Positions 26,751 to 38,500 of a stretch of 64,000 nt of DNA are shown one piece after another. Source of the DNA: Camelus ferus. Lineage: Eukaryota. The stretch lies in the NCBI RefSeq assembly GCF_009834535.1, contig NC_045707.1, positions 64,172,001 to 64,236,000 of the forward strand. The letters are read 5' to 3'. Each line of letters begins with the position of its first letter. Positions within the stretch are counted from its first letter, which is position 1. The notes under the pieces were generated by a model that was given only the letters and a program-made list of their open reading frames with translations, ran no database searches and had not been told where the DNA came from. A program made the position numbers and the translations under genes.

Positions 26751-28890
26751 AATCTTTTACTGCACAGAGAATTGCTTTATGAACTGTTTCCTCCTCAGGA
26801 AGCTCTTTAGGGGATTGGCTGAGACTCAGTGATTCTCCAGAAACTTGATATTTCTGGCTGATACTTCTTATACATCGGGGCCCTGTATTGGTAGCTACAA
26901 ATCCCGGAGTATGTTCCCAGATTTGCACATTCTTTTTGGAGGGGCCTTGGCCAGGCCAGTCTTTCTGGCTTAACAATACCTCTTCATACACTCATGTATT
27001 CAAGAAAGCATGAAAAGGGAGAGGGAAGAGCGCAGAGAACTTACGGGAAATCTCTGGCTCTCTGAAGCCTCAATTATAGACATGACATAAATAAATTAGG
27101 ATGCAGAAAAAGTTTGGGTCCTTTCCACAGTTAAAAAAATGTCAGTAAGTTTTCTTCCGAAATATTTTCTGAGAAGGTTTCATGAGTAATGTAGGCAAAA
27201 TTAGAGGCAGGATGACTCTGTGGAAAGTCAAACAACTCCTTGGTTCTGTTTCACCCGTAGGCACTTGAATGGCCCCAAGAGTAGCTTATCTGACTGACAA
27301 GGTTTTGACCTCCTCACATGGTTGGACTATGGATGAAGCATCTCCTGAATCAATCAGGTTGTTAATAAGTAACAAAATTACTGGGACTATCAGGGAAGGA
27401 CACATTCATGCTTGAGTATAATTGAGGAAAGGAAGCAGAAGAAATTTCTAGGAGGAATGATGTATTGCATGCCTGGTTTCTTGAAAGATCGCATTTGGAT
27501 AGTGAATCCTTAAAGACGTGTACTTTTATTTGCTATGGATTGAAATTAGGGTGATCCATTCATATGGGATGACTGAGGAAAATGCAGCCTCTTGCTTCAG
27601 GAATGATGGTCTAGGTGTTGGGCCACGGGCTTCCTGGGATATCTGTTTCTTTTGCCTTCTCACGTTAAGAGAGACTCAGGTCTTCCAAGTGCTTGAGGAA
27701 AATCTAAATAGGACTCTCTGTGGTTAAAAAAAAAAATTCAAACCAGAGTCTGAGTTCTTTTCCATCTGAGCTTATATGGGACACATTTTGTTGCTTCTTG
27801 TAAAGGTGTGAAATGGAAGTTTGGATTTTCCTGGTAAATGACCTTTTAGAGTGGACTTCCTGTTATTTTGTTTTCTCCTGGGAACCAGAAGAGCCATGTC
27901 ATTTATTCCCACTGTGTGAGGTTGAATAATTTAGAATTAGTCACCCGTCAGATCCTAATTAGTGTTATGAGTAAAATGTCAGTTTACTTTGAACCAGTCA
28001 TGGGCTAAGCTTATGTTAAATTGTGTGTCACATTTTCTTGGCTCCTTCAGGTTGAGAATCTGGTGTCTGATACAAGCATTAAACATCCCCACCCTATTTT
28101 TTTTTTTTAATTCTATGTTGGTGGCCTCCATTCACTTCCCTGCTTCTTAATCACTCTTAGCCCAGAGCCTAACAATGCCTGGCAGCCAGTGTGTACCTTG
28201 TAAACTGAACAAAGACCAATTCAGAAAAAACTCACGGAAAAGCAGGTTGGCATTTAAACTTTAAACTTAAAAAGCAAACAACCAGGCGAATATTCAGCAC
28301 AAAAATGGAGTATCCAGTGCTCCTGGGCTGGTGATTACAAAGCTCTGTTTTGTAATGTATTCTTCATTCTCTTGTTGAGTATCGTAGTCTGTACGTGGGC
28401 ACACATCCCAGTTTGGAGAGAAAGAAAATAAAGTCGATCTCTGAGAAATGAGTGAGTAAAATCTATGGGAATGGACCAAGAAGGCAATCACGTTTAAGTG
28501 AAGAATTTTAGAAATGTCTAAAATGCACTGAAAATGCGATCTTGGAAGCAGGGCTGAATTGTAATTATAGTTTGGTAAATGGATACCTAGTCAGTTTTGA
28601 TGTCCCCTTACTGGGGCATAGACTGATCACAAGAGGGGCATGGACTGCGGAGGGTAGAGAGAAACTAACCTGGAGGGGGAAGAATTTGGCGGCGTGTCGC
28701 AGCACTCGCTACTGAGGAACAGTGAGGGTGGGTGTCTTCTGCAGGGTTTTGATGTTGGATCCCTGGGCTGGTTCTAGACTCGCTGTCGGTCTATCAGATC
28801 TTGACAGCGCATCCACTGACTCCTCTACTGAATTTACCCTCAGCTTCCCCCAGGAAACCGTCTGTGTATGCTCTGACTTTCGTGCTGCCT

Positions 28891-29036
28891 TATTATTGTA
28901 TTGTTTAATTATTTTATTTTGGCAGGGGTGGGGGTAATTAGGTAATCATTTATTGTTAGAGGAGATACTGGGGATTGAACCCAGGACCTCGTGCATGCTA
29001 AGCATGCGCTCTACCACTCTGAACTATACCCTCCCC
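28891..29036 (-). mobile_element. Camelid tRNA-derived SINE (Vic-1-like)
   Basis: ggggattgaacccaggacctcgtgcatgctaagcatgcgctctaccac...tataccctcccc is the reverse complement of a tRNA-like head with Pol III A/B boxes; AT-rich tail. Confidence 0.85.
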
Positions 29037-29099
29037 ACTCTGTTCTACCTTCTTATAGAGAGAGAATTTCCTTCCTTCCTTCCTTTTTATTATTTAAAA

Positions 29100-29345
29100 A
29101 AAAATTTTTTTTTTTTACTGAGGTAGTGTTGATGTACAATATAATAAGTTTCAGGCGTACAACAGAGATTCACAATTTGCAAAGATACATTCCATTTATA
29201 GTTACTATAAAATGCTGGCTATATTCCCTGTGTTGTGCCGTATATCCCTGTAGCTTGTGTCTCTTAATCCCCTACCCCTACCTTGCTCCTCCGCTTCCTG
29301 CTCCCCACTGGTAACCACTAGTTTGTTCTCTAGATCTGTGTATCT
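29100..29345 (-). mobile_element. L1 3' end fragment
   Basis: actgaggtagtgttgatgtacaatata...ccccactggtaaccactagtttgttctct. Confidence 0.8.
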
Positions 29346-30864
29346 GCGTCTTTATGGGAGCGGATTTTCTGATCAGCCTCTGTCTTACGCCGGATGGCTT
29401 GATGGGTGCACTTCTCATGATAAAGTAAGAAACTGACATGCTGGTTCCTGTGAGGTCACTTAAGGTGAATGTGTCCTAAGAAGCAGAGCACTTGAGGAAA
29501 GGCTGGCAAAGCTGAGTTTAGGGGCTGCCAAGCCAAGGACCGGACCCTGGACCCCACCCAGCAGCTGGCCTCTTTCTCATCTCGCTGAAATTGTTGCAAA
29601 TATAAAAAGGGTACAAACACCGCAGCGAGGCCTAATAAGAATTTACGGACATCTCTAATTCGTCGTGGTCAGAAAACACGTTTTTAATCACTGCACCATT
29701 TTGCTTCAATCTTTGCTCATAAATACTTAACAATAGATGTTGGTGATCCGAAGTCTATTTTCTTAAACATACTTTCGTATTTTTTCTTATGTGACCTGTA
29801 TGGTTATTAACTTTTCTGTCCAGGTGCAAATCATGACTATTTTGGATAAAAATATCTACAAAAGAGGAAGAATGTTGGGTACCCATTCTTCACAAACATC
29901 ATATTGCTACTTCACAATGACAGTTCCAAGCCACATTTTTTTTTTTTGAACTGGAATTAATACCACAAGTAGATATTATTGTTTCAAAATGTCCTGCTAA
30001 GGAAGGAGAGGGATCATGCTCATCCCGGATGCTTCCCGTTCCCAGTGGGAATATGCAAAGGTTTTTTTTTTTATGAGCCGGGCCCCGTAAGCACACAGGA
30101 TAGGAAGCTTAGAGGATCGTGTTCAATGAAAGCGTAAGAAGAATGTTGGTGTCACAACTCCAGGAGTTGGACCGGAGGACAAGAGCCAAGTTTCTGGTCC
30201 TGAAGAAGGGATCATAAAACCCGTCAGCGAGCAGCCTCAATTTTCCAAAAAAAAGGAAAAGGGTTTTTCAAAATGAGAAATGCTAGAGTCCCAGAATTTT
30301 CTCTTCCCTCTGTTTAGGATGCATGACCTCATGACCTCCCGCACTTACACACCCACACCTAAGTCTAGACGCAAGGAAGAGAAACTTCAGCATCGCTTTT
30401 CTTGCTGCTTCCAGCCTTTGAGAAAAGGAATCGAACATTCACAATGCCATAAAAAAGCCCACAGGGTGCAGCGTGGAAGTGACAATGGGAGAATTGATAA
30501 GATGAAAGGGAATGTCATCTTTTCTCTAAAATACGTGATTTGGTTTTTCAGTACCTACTCCACTGACAAATATATTGGGTAGCTGGATTTTTGAAGCAAA
30601 AATACAAAGAGGAAGTTACCTTCCTTCCCTGAATGTAGACTTCAAAACACCAGGAACACTTCTGTGTTGTTCACCGCCGCGTCCCCAGGGCTTAGAATAC
30701 AGTAGGGGCCCAATAAATACTTGTTGGAAAAACGACCAAGTAGCCAGTTATCTGAATATGCTAATTTAGTTTTTAAATAGTAACAGAGGATCTGTTTGTG
30801 TTCACATTATAGTGAAAAGATAGCTTCCTTTTTATATTTTTGTTTCCAAAATCTACTTACTCAA

Positions 30865-30955
30865 TATATTTGTGTGTGTGTGTATGTGTGTATATATGTA
30901 TATATACACACACATATATATATATGTATATAAAATAAAATATATATAAAATAAA
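30865..30955. repeat. Compound (TG)/(TA)/(CA) low-complexity repeat
   Basis: Direct reading. Confidence 0.85.
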
Positions 30956-32099
30956 ATCCCCCATGAAGGCAGGGATCTTTTATCTTGTTTTGTAAACTTC
31001 AGTATTTCTAGCACCTTGTGTCATGCATGGAGTATAGTAGGTGTTCAAAACATTTGTTGAATGAGTTATTGGGCATATCTTGAAGAGGGAAGCATGACAT
31101 CATGAAAAAAAAATGAACCTCCTATTAACACCTGCCTCCTGGTTCAAGTCCCAAACATAATAAGCCTGATTTGTCTGATGACCTAGAGAAAATGCCATAT
31201 TTTGCGTAAGGTTTCTGATGGTTCTGCTCACGCGCTCTCCTCTACTCTGAGCACGGGGACTCTCTCTCTCTTTTTTTTTTCCCTGTGCAGCGTCGCCATA
31301 CTGTTACCAAGACCTAGTTTAATACGACCGCTTCGTGGAGAGTTTTCACGATTAATCAGATTTGAACCCTCATCCTGCTCTACTCTGTGCTCTCACGTGC
31401 GTGGTAATAACCGACCTGATCGCAGCATTAGGGAAGCTTTATCTAAGTGTATGGAGCCTTTCCTTCTGCCCTCGCCTTCAGCTGTCATTTCTCATGATAT
31501 CCTGCCCTCCTTGGCCTCTCCTTCCTGACCTGCTTTTTCTCTGGGTCTAAGATTTATTACTGATTCTCCCACCCCACGCCACCACCCAAGCTTCTCCTGT
31601 TAAATATGTTATATGACAATTTCTCAAGATGTAAGGCGGTAAGTGCTTCATAACCATACTACATAATTCAAGGGATAGTTGGTGCAAGTGGACAGACTAC
31701 GGACCTGGTCATGCTGAGACCTCATTTCTAGAAAGAGCTCTGCCACTAACCAGTTTTGTGAGTTAGAGATTCTAGGTCTCTCTGGGATTCCCTTTTCTCC
31801 CGTGTGTGTAACCTGTGGGGGTTTGTCTAGAGCAGTTTTCTATGAATAACACTAATCCATGTATGTCTTTCAAAAAATATGTTCTGGGATCATATTCATT
31901 TGGGAATTGCTATGTGTTATGTCACCTTCTTGAATATTGGCAGGTTAAGGTGTCGCCAAGTCCTGAAACAAAGGAACTATTTTTCTTTACCTGACAATTG
32001 ACTTTTATTGAGGGGAGAGGAAACACGTTGCGAGTTCCCTAGAAATCCACGAGGGAAGCCCTAGTTGAACTTTATAGGAATTTTGGCTCTAATTGCACG

Positions 32100-32960
32100 T
32101 CCCTGGATCTCCAGTGCCAGCTGCGGTGGTTATAGAGAAACGTAAGACAGGATGTTGGCCTTGCAGGCATAAAACATCCAACAGGGAAGAAGTAAAAGAT
32201 CAATGTTGTAAAGGATGGCAATTTGAGATGAAAGCTTTGTTCAAATTATAACGGGCATAAGATTTGAGAAGCAAGTAGGTCTGCCCAGAGTTGGCGCAGT
32301 GGGTGAAGAAGGGAAAGGTTCCACAGGGGAAATGTCATTTGAGCTGAGCACCGAGGGCTGTTGGCAATAATTCGCCAAGTAGAGTAGGTGGGGAAGGATA
32401 TTCCAGGCAGAAGGAACAACATGGCACAGAGGCATAAAATCCCAAGGTATGTTCCAGGCCTGCGAAATAATTTTGTAGTTATGGAGTCTAAGAGCAGAGA
32501 CTATGTATGGAGAGAGGAGCCAGAGGAAATTCTGGGAGATGAGTAGAGGCTTGCTTGCCCCGTGCTGTAAGTGTCATTCTATGGAGTCTGAAATTATTCC
32601 TGTAGGTAACAGGAAACCATCCTCAGGTTGGTTTTTACTCCAGGGAATTACATGATCAATGAGTATTTTATAAAGAGAATTATGAAAGAAAAATGAAAAT
32701 TCTGGAGTGTTAAGACAGGTGGGAGGGGCAAGAGACCAGCAGGAAAACTAATGCTGACTCTATTGAAATGGCTCAAGTAAGAGATGATAAAAAGCTGAAT
32801 GATGACCTTTGCCAAAGGATGGAATGGAAAAAGCAAGTTTGAAGGAAATTTGGGAGCTCAGCAGACTACCAGGAGTGGTTGCATATGAGGCAAGAAAGAA
32901 AGAGGAATAGAAAAAGTCTCTATGGCATGTAGCTTGAGCAAATGTTGTGTGACTATAAAG
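32100..32960 (-). mobile_element. L2 fragments
   Basis: gtcatttgagctgag...tattccaggcagaaggaacaacatggcacagagg. Confidence 0.55.
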
Positions 32961-34540
32961 TTTACTGAGATGGAAGCTCAGAGGATTGAATTGTTTCGTA
33001 CAGATTTTGAGTTGGACTGGAGATTCTATTCCATAGAGGAATTTTCTTGTAAAAACGTATCCACTGATTTTTTATGTTTCAGGATCCAAAAATGATTTAA
33101 CTGAAGACTATATTCTTAGTAAGGAGATTCAATATCTACCAAAAAAAAATTCATTTCACACTGAAATTTGGTAAGTATTCGATACATTCTTGTCAACAAA
33201 ACAGCATTTAAACCTATATATTTCTTTTGACTTTACCTCTGAATGATAATAATTTCTAGGACCTTAAATCCACTTGCTATTTCATTCAATCAAAAACTCA
33301 TCTTTTAGCCATGGATAATCCGATATACACTAATATCTCAGTAGAAGATTGTGAAATTATTTCCGTTTTATAGGAGGGAACAGCATAGAACACCAACAGT
33401 GTAAGTGACTATTTAAATAGGAAGCCATTATATTGGAACTAATCCTAAATTTGGTCTTAACACTAAATATTATTGCCACTGTTACATTAAAATGTATTGT
33501 TTTTAATAGTCAGGGAATGGGGTTGTTTCAAAGGCATCAAAGAAAGTTAGAAAAGTATTCTTTTACTTAATCAGAATTTTAAGAAGTCCATACGTGCTTA
33601 TTGTATAGACCTTCACAAAGATTTTAAAGAATTATTTTCCCCAACAATCTTTGGAAGTATGGAGTCCTTTTATTTGGGGAAGAAAGAACTCCCTTGTAGA
33701 GGCAGGATGTGGAAATTAACATGATCCAGATTATTTACATAAAAGCAGTCTATGCCTCCCTGATTAGGTCAGAGAATTTTGCCTTTACCTGTGACATCTG
33801 CCTTCTATTAGCACTAGTAACAAATTGTACAATCTGTGGTCACTGAACTATGACTGCCTCCTCACTTTGAATTTTTTTTTTTTGTCCAAGAAGGCCAGGG
33901 AAATCCAGAAACCTCATTGGTGGGGAGGATTAAACCTAATTTATCAGAGGAAAGAAGTGTAGTGTTCACCTTAAACACTTGAGCTATCAAAATGGCTACA
34001 TGTTAGAAAACGAATACAATAGGGACAGTCAGAAAGTAACTCCAGAGAATTTTTTTCCTTTTACATCATAAAGAAATAAAGATAAAAGCTGAATGGTCTT
34101 ATGATGGACACGGCAGCCTCTCCCTCCCCATTTTCCCCAGGTGCACTGTATTTAAGGCCACTCCATGGAATTGTCTTGAAATTTAGAAACTTTGGAAGTC
34201 ATGTACATGTAATGGTTGTTCCCACTATTCTGGAGTTAAGGATAAAAAGTTGCTGTGTCTAAGCCTTCAGATTCTGCAGATTTCTAAATGCATTTTGTTG
34301 CGTGTAGAAGAAATTTTGCATTCTTGAGAAAATGCAGGGCAAAAGTGAATTGAGACACAATGACCCTTTATCTCAGGGCCAAACAACCTATTTCCCTGCA
34401 GTTGAAACAGAGGGTAGGAAAGTCGGGTTATGATATCTGAAATCCATCGACGTAGAATGGTTTAGCATTCTCTCCCCGATCCAGCGCCATTCCCTTCACT
34501 TGACATCAGTTTGCTTTAGAGGTGGCCGTTTCGGAGAAAG

Positions 34541-35182
34541 TGATGCAGGAAAAACGGATGTGGGGCGTGAGGAGGGCCGTGTCCCGGGCTTCAGCTGAGC
34601 CCCTGGGACGTGCCCCGCCAAGTGTGGGTCCTTGGCTTTGCGCAGGAAAGAATTCAAGAGCGAGCCACAGTTGAGTAAAGGTAGATTTATTTAGGGAGAT
34701 ACATAGAAAGGCAACAGAAAGTCCACGAGGTATGGGGCTTGGGTGCTCAGATTGGAGTAAAAGTAGGTACACGCTCCACAGACAGAATGCGGGCCCGTCT
34801 CCAAGTGGGGTGGGGGTGGGGCGGAGAGAGGTTGTGAGGCATAGTGTTGCCAGTTTTTATGGGCTCAGTGGCTTCATGTGCTAATAAGTGTAAGAACAAG
34901 TCTAGCTAGCCTGCGGGAGGGGCTGGGATTCCCAGGAAGTTGGCCATTTCCCACTCTTTGACCTTTTGTGGCTCGCCTGGGGACAGCCATGGTGACTGTG
35001 GGCGTGTTATTCACCATGTTAATGTATTACAGTGGGCGTATAATGAAGCTCAAGGTCTACTAGAAGTTTGATCTCCCACCATCTTGAGCTTCAAGGCCTA
35101 CTGGGGGTTGAATCTTTCACCATTTTGATGTTAATTGCTGCAGCATTCCTTGAATGGCTGTGCCTGCCCCCCTCCTGTCTCA
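34541..35182 (-). mobile_element. Solo ERV1-type LTR (642 bp) inserted at the TSPAN8 promoter, antisense
   Basis: TG...CA termini. AAAG on both sides (34537-34540, 35183-35186) is a 4-bp TSD. On the minus strand it begins tgagacaggagggggg, has TATA-like cataaaaa near 34854-34861 and AATAAA at 34686-34691. CpGs are retained. Confidence 0.85.
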
Positions 35183-35206
35183 AAAGGATCATAAATATTC
35201 CGTCCC

Positions 35207-35276
35207 AGTACCCCAGGAGCCATGACAAGCAAAAGGACACACCTGCCTAGAGATAGCTCTTGTGGTTCTTAAATGT
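35207..35276 (+). other. TSPAN8: Probable non-coding exon 1 of TSPAN8 (5' UTR); the next exon probably starts at 35366
   Basis: The sequence agtaccccaggagccatgacaagc...aaatgt resembles the recalled 5' end of human TSPAN8 mRNA. A pyrimidine tract plus tgaag acceptor ends at 35365. The donor (gtgggg) is weak and the ends are approximate. Confidence 0.6.
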
Positions 35277-35473
35277 GTGGGGTACTTTCGTTTTGTTAGT
35301 CCACTGTAATGACTGGATTTACCCCCACCCCACAAACTTCTTCCTTTTCTATTTCTGCTCTGAAGCTGTGAGGGGAGAAATCTCGGCAGGCAAATTACTC
35401 CAGAGTATTCGCGGGACGGTCCTGTAAGGAACAGTGAAACTCTCAGCATCTGGATTCCTGATCCTTTTCCGAC

Positions 35474-35533
35474 ATGGCAGGTGTGAATGCCTGTGTAAAA
35501 TGTTCTATATTTATCTTCAACTTTATATTCTGG
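35474..35533 (+). CDS. TSPAN8: TSPAN8 first coding exon ([20 protein letters not shown])
   Basis: ATG in good context (gacATGG), 20 codons, donor TGG|gtaagt. Confidence 0.95.
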
Positions 35534-38500
35534 GTAAGTGTTTTTTCTTGTAATTATCAATTTTATGCCAGAAAGGGGATCTTGATATAAATATCGTAAA
35601 TGAGAACAGACTCTGCACGGGAGAAATAGGAGGAGGAGGCGAATGTATTTTCCATTCACTTGTTTGGATGCGTTTGTTCTTTCCTTGGTTGTCTCAGTAA
35701 CTGAAAATGAGCCAGTGACTCGAAAAAAGTGCATTTCAGGATCTGTGGGGATAAACGTTTCATAAACGTTTTGATACTGTTGCAAACCAATCACAGACGT
35801 AAAATTGCCCCTTAATTAAAGGACAGTTATTCTTAGTTGTAGATCATGCAGTCCTCCCTAGTTTAAGGACCTTGAGGAAAAAATCTGATCTGATCCTACT
35901 TGGAGCACAACCCCTAAATTCTAACCTTTACATCTGGGCTTGAAACAGGTGAACGCTGGGGTGTCATGAGAAAGACATGCGAAAAGGATCGTTTTCAGAG
36001 ACCCAAAGAAGAAACAAGGAGTTATAATCAACTTGGGAGAGAAACAAATCATTTAACCACGGAAAGATTAAACTAAGCCACTCGTTTTGTGTCAGCAATT
36101 TAAAGTTAGTATTTTGATGTGTCATCACCCCACCTTTTAATTAACAGGGTTTGTGTTTCAGCAAGTTCTTCTGTTTCTCTTGAAAGTCTGCTAATATAAG
36201 AAACAGCAAGTAAATGGGGAAGTAGCATCTAATGTTGAAAAAATGGAAAGGTGAGAGATGGAAAGGCCAAAAAGTAAAGGACACACTGGGTCATTGGAAA
36301 ATTGATGTTATTTTTAGTGCAATGAAAGATTGGTCAAAAGTAAATCAATAGAAATAGCCCCAAGTACTTAAATGAAAGAATTATTTCGTCTACTGGATTA
36401 GAAGGTGGCTTATGCAGTGTAAGCAGGAGAGAGTCCAGTTTCATTTTCTACCTGGTTATCTTTGGTAAATAGACAACTGGTATCTCTATGTTGGTAAACT
36501 TCTGTCCTATTAAAATTGTGATGTATCTAATTAAGCTTAAGTAGATGAATACAGTCTGATTTCCTAGAATGACTTTCCATTCAGTGTCAGTAACCCCACT
36601 GAGTACAAGTGATATATTGGTGAAGTAAATTAAGTAGGTGAGAATATAAATGAATGAAGTAAAGTAAAGGTTTGTTCTTTGTACCTCCTTTTTTCCTTAG
36701 AAAAATGCGCTGCTTTGGCAAAAACTAAATGAAGCTGATGAATAGGCCAGATTTTAAAAATTTGTTCTGATAAATTTCTTCCCTTGAAACATTTAAAATT
36801 GGTTAAACATTGAGAGTAGGATATAAACAAAGAAATGCCTATGTACTTTGCTTGGTTTTGCTTTTAGCTTTTTATTATGGAGAACTTCAAACATTCACGA
36901 AACAGAAAAGGGTAATCAACCCCCTCGTCCAGCCCCAGGAGCCATGACACCAGGGCCCATGGAACCACGGCCAGTCTCTCCTTGTCCATGTTCTCATCCA
37001 CTTTCCCCAACCCCTATTATTTTGATGCAAATTCTGGATTTAACATCTCACCTGTGAATATTTTAGTATAGATCTCTGAAAGACAAATAATTCTTTAAAA
37101 AAAGAAAACACACGTAACCACAATGTCTTTATCACACTAAAAACTTAAGAAGAGTTTTAAAATCAGTTATCAGACCTCCATCCAGGGTGCATTTTTCCAA
37201 TTGCCCTTTGAATTCGAATGCATGTAAGGTCCACCCAGCATGAGCAGTGGATGGTATCTTTTATGTCAACTTTCATCTTTAGGTTCTCCCTCCATCTTCT
37301 TCTTTCCCCACCCTGGAAATTTTATGTACTGGTGTGTTTTAGTTTGTCTTATCACATTTCCCACAATCTGGATTTTGCTATTTGCATACCCATGGTATAG
37401 TTTAATATGTTCCCCTGTCTTCTGTATTATCTCCAATTTTGTAGTTGCATTTGGCCGCTTGATAAGATTCGGGTTATTATTTTGAGGTTGGGGCACAACC
37501 AGTTTATAAGAGATATTTTGTTCTTTCATCAAAAGTCATATACTATCTGACTGTCTCTCTTTTTGTGATGTTAGTAGCTACTGATGCTGAAGAACTTAAA
37601 CCCGTCAGTTTACTAAGAGTTTCAAATTGGTGATATTCTATTTCTATTATTTTGTTTTTCATCTATTAGCTGGAATTCTTTGAAGAGAAATTTAGCATTT
37701 GCTAATTGATAACCGTTAGTTCCTAGTTTTTATTTTTTTTAAAAATGCAGCATAATTGTTTCTCACTCTTTTCTTAACAAATTTCAAAATGATGAGTTAG
37801 TTTTCTAGTATCATACAATAGTGATAAGTATTTCTTCAAGTATCCCTATGAAATAATAGATTTAAATGCCGTCACAGTTCTTATCTTTGCTGATGTGCAT
37901 TTTAATTCCATTTTTGGCCAATGGGAGCATCTTCAGGTTGGTTCCTGAGTCCTTTTGACATGATTCCTAATAACTTTGATAACTTCTTCACTTTTGGGGA
38001 TGATAAAATGTTCCAGGCTCACTTCCCTATTTCTTGACCCCAGATGTGGAATCAGCTATTTCTCCAAGTCCTGATACCTATTTTTAAAAAGCTACAACCA
38101 TTGTCTTTCTGTGACACACAATATATATGGGCCATTTTAATAAACCAAAATATAAATATGCCAATAAATGCATGGCTTCCTTTATAATAATGTATCTCAA
38201 AGTGTTCAAACTAGTAGCAATCCTCAAATGATGAAATAGTCCAATATATCTCTGTTGTATAAAAACAGCATATAAAGTGTTAATGGCTACTGTAAATACA
38301 TTAGAGGTCAGTGTTTCACTGAGTAGCTAATCAGGAATTTGAAATAGATCAGAATTTAAAACAAATGAAAAAGCCACTGGTTATAGGTTCAGGATTATAT
38401 ATTTAAGATCAGAGAACAAGATGAACTGTAGAGATCTGTACCATGCTGTCCTCAGACATTGTCCCTGCTTTCCTGGAGAGTTCTGATTATTTTATGGTTA

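Noticed and set aside
28960..29036. tRNA-like sequences with A/B boxes (also near 48700, 50890, 52100 and 62690)
   Set aside because: These are SINE heads with AT-rich tails and TSDs, not tRNA genes.
30865..30955. Near-palindromic TG/TA/CA stretch as a hairpin RNA
   Set aside because: The self-complementarity is a trivial result of dinucleotide repeats; it has no miRNA-like complexity.
35189..35794. 201-aa minus-strand ORF antisense to TSPAN8 exons 1-2, ending 7 bp before the LTR
   Set aside because: It starts at GTG, has no recognisable domain and has random-looking composition. It is the longest ORF in the track but is plausibly chance; no support without stranded RNA data.
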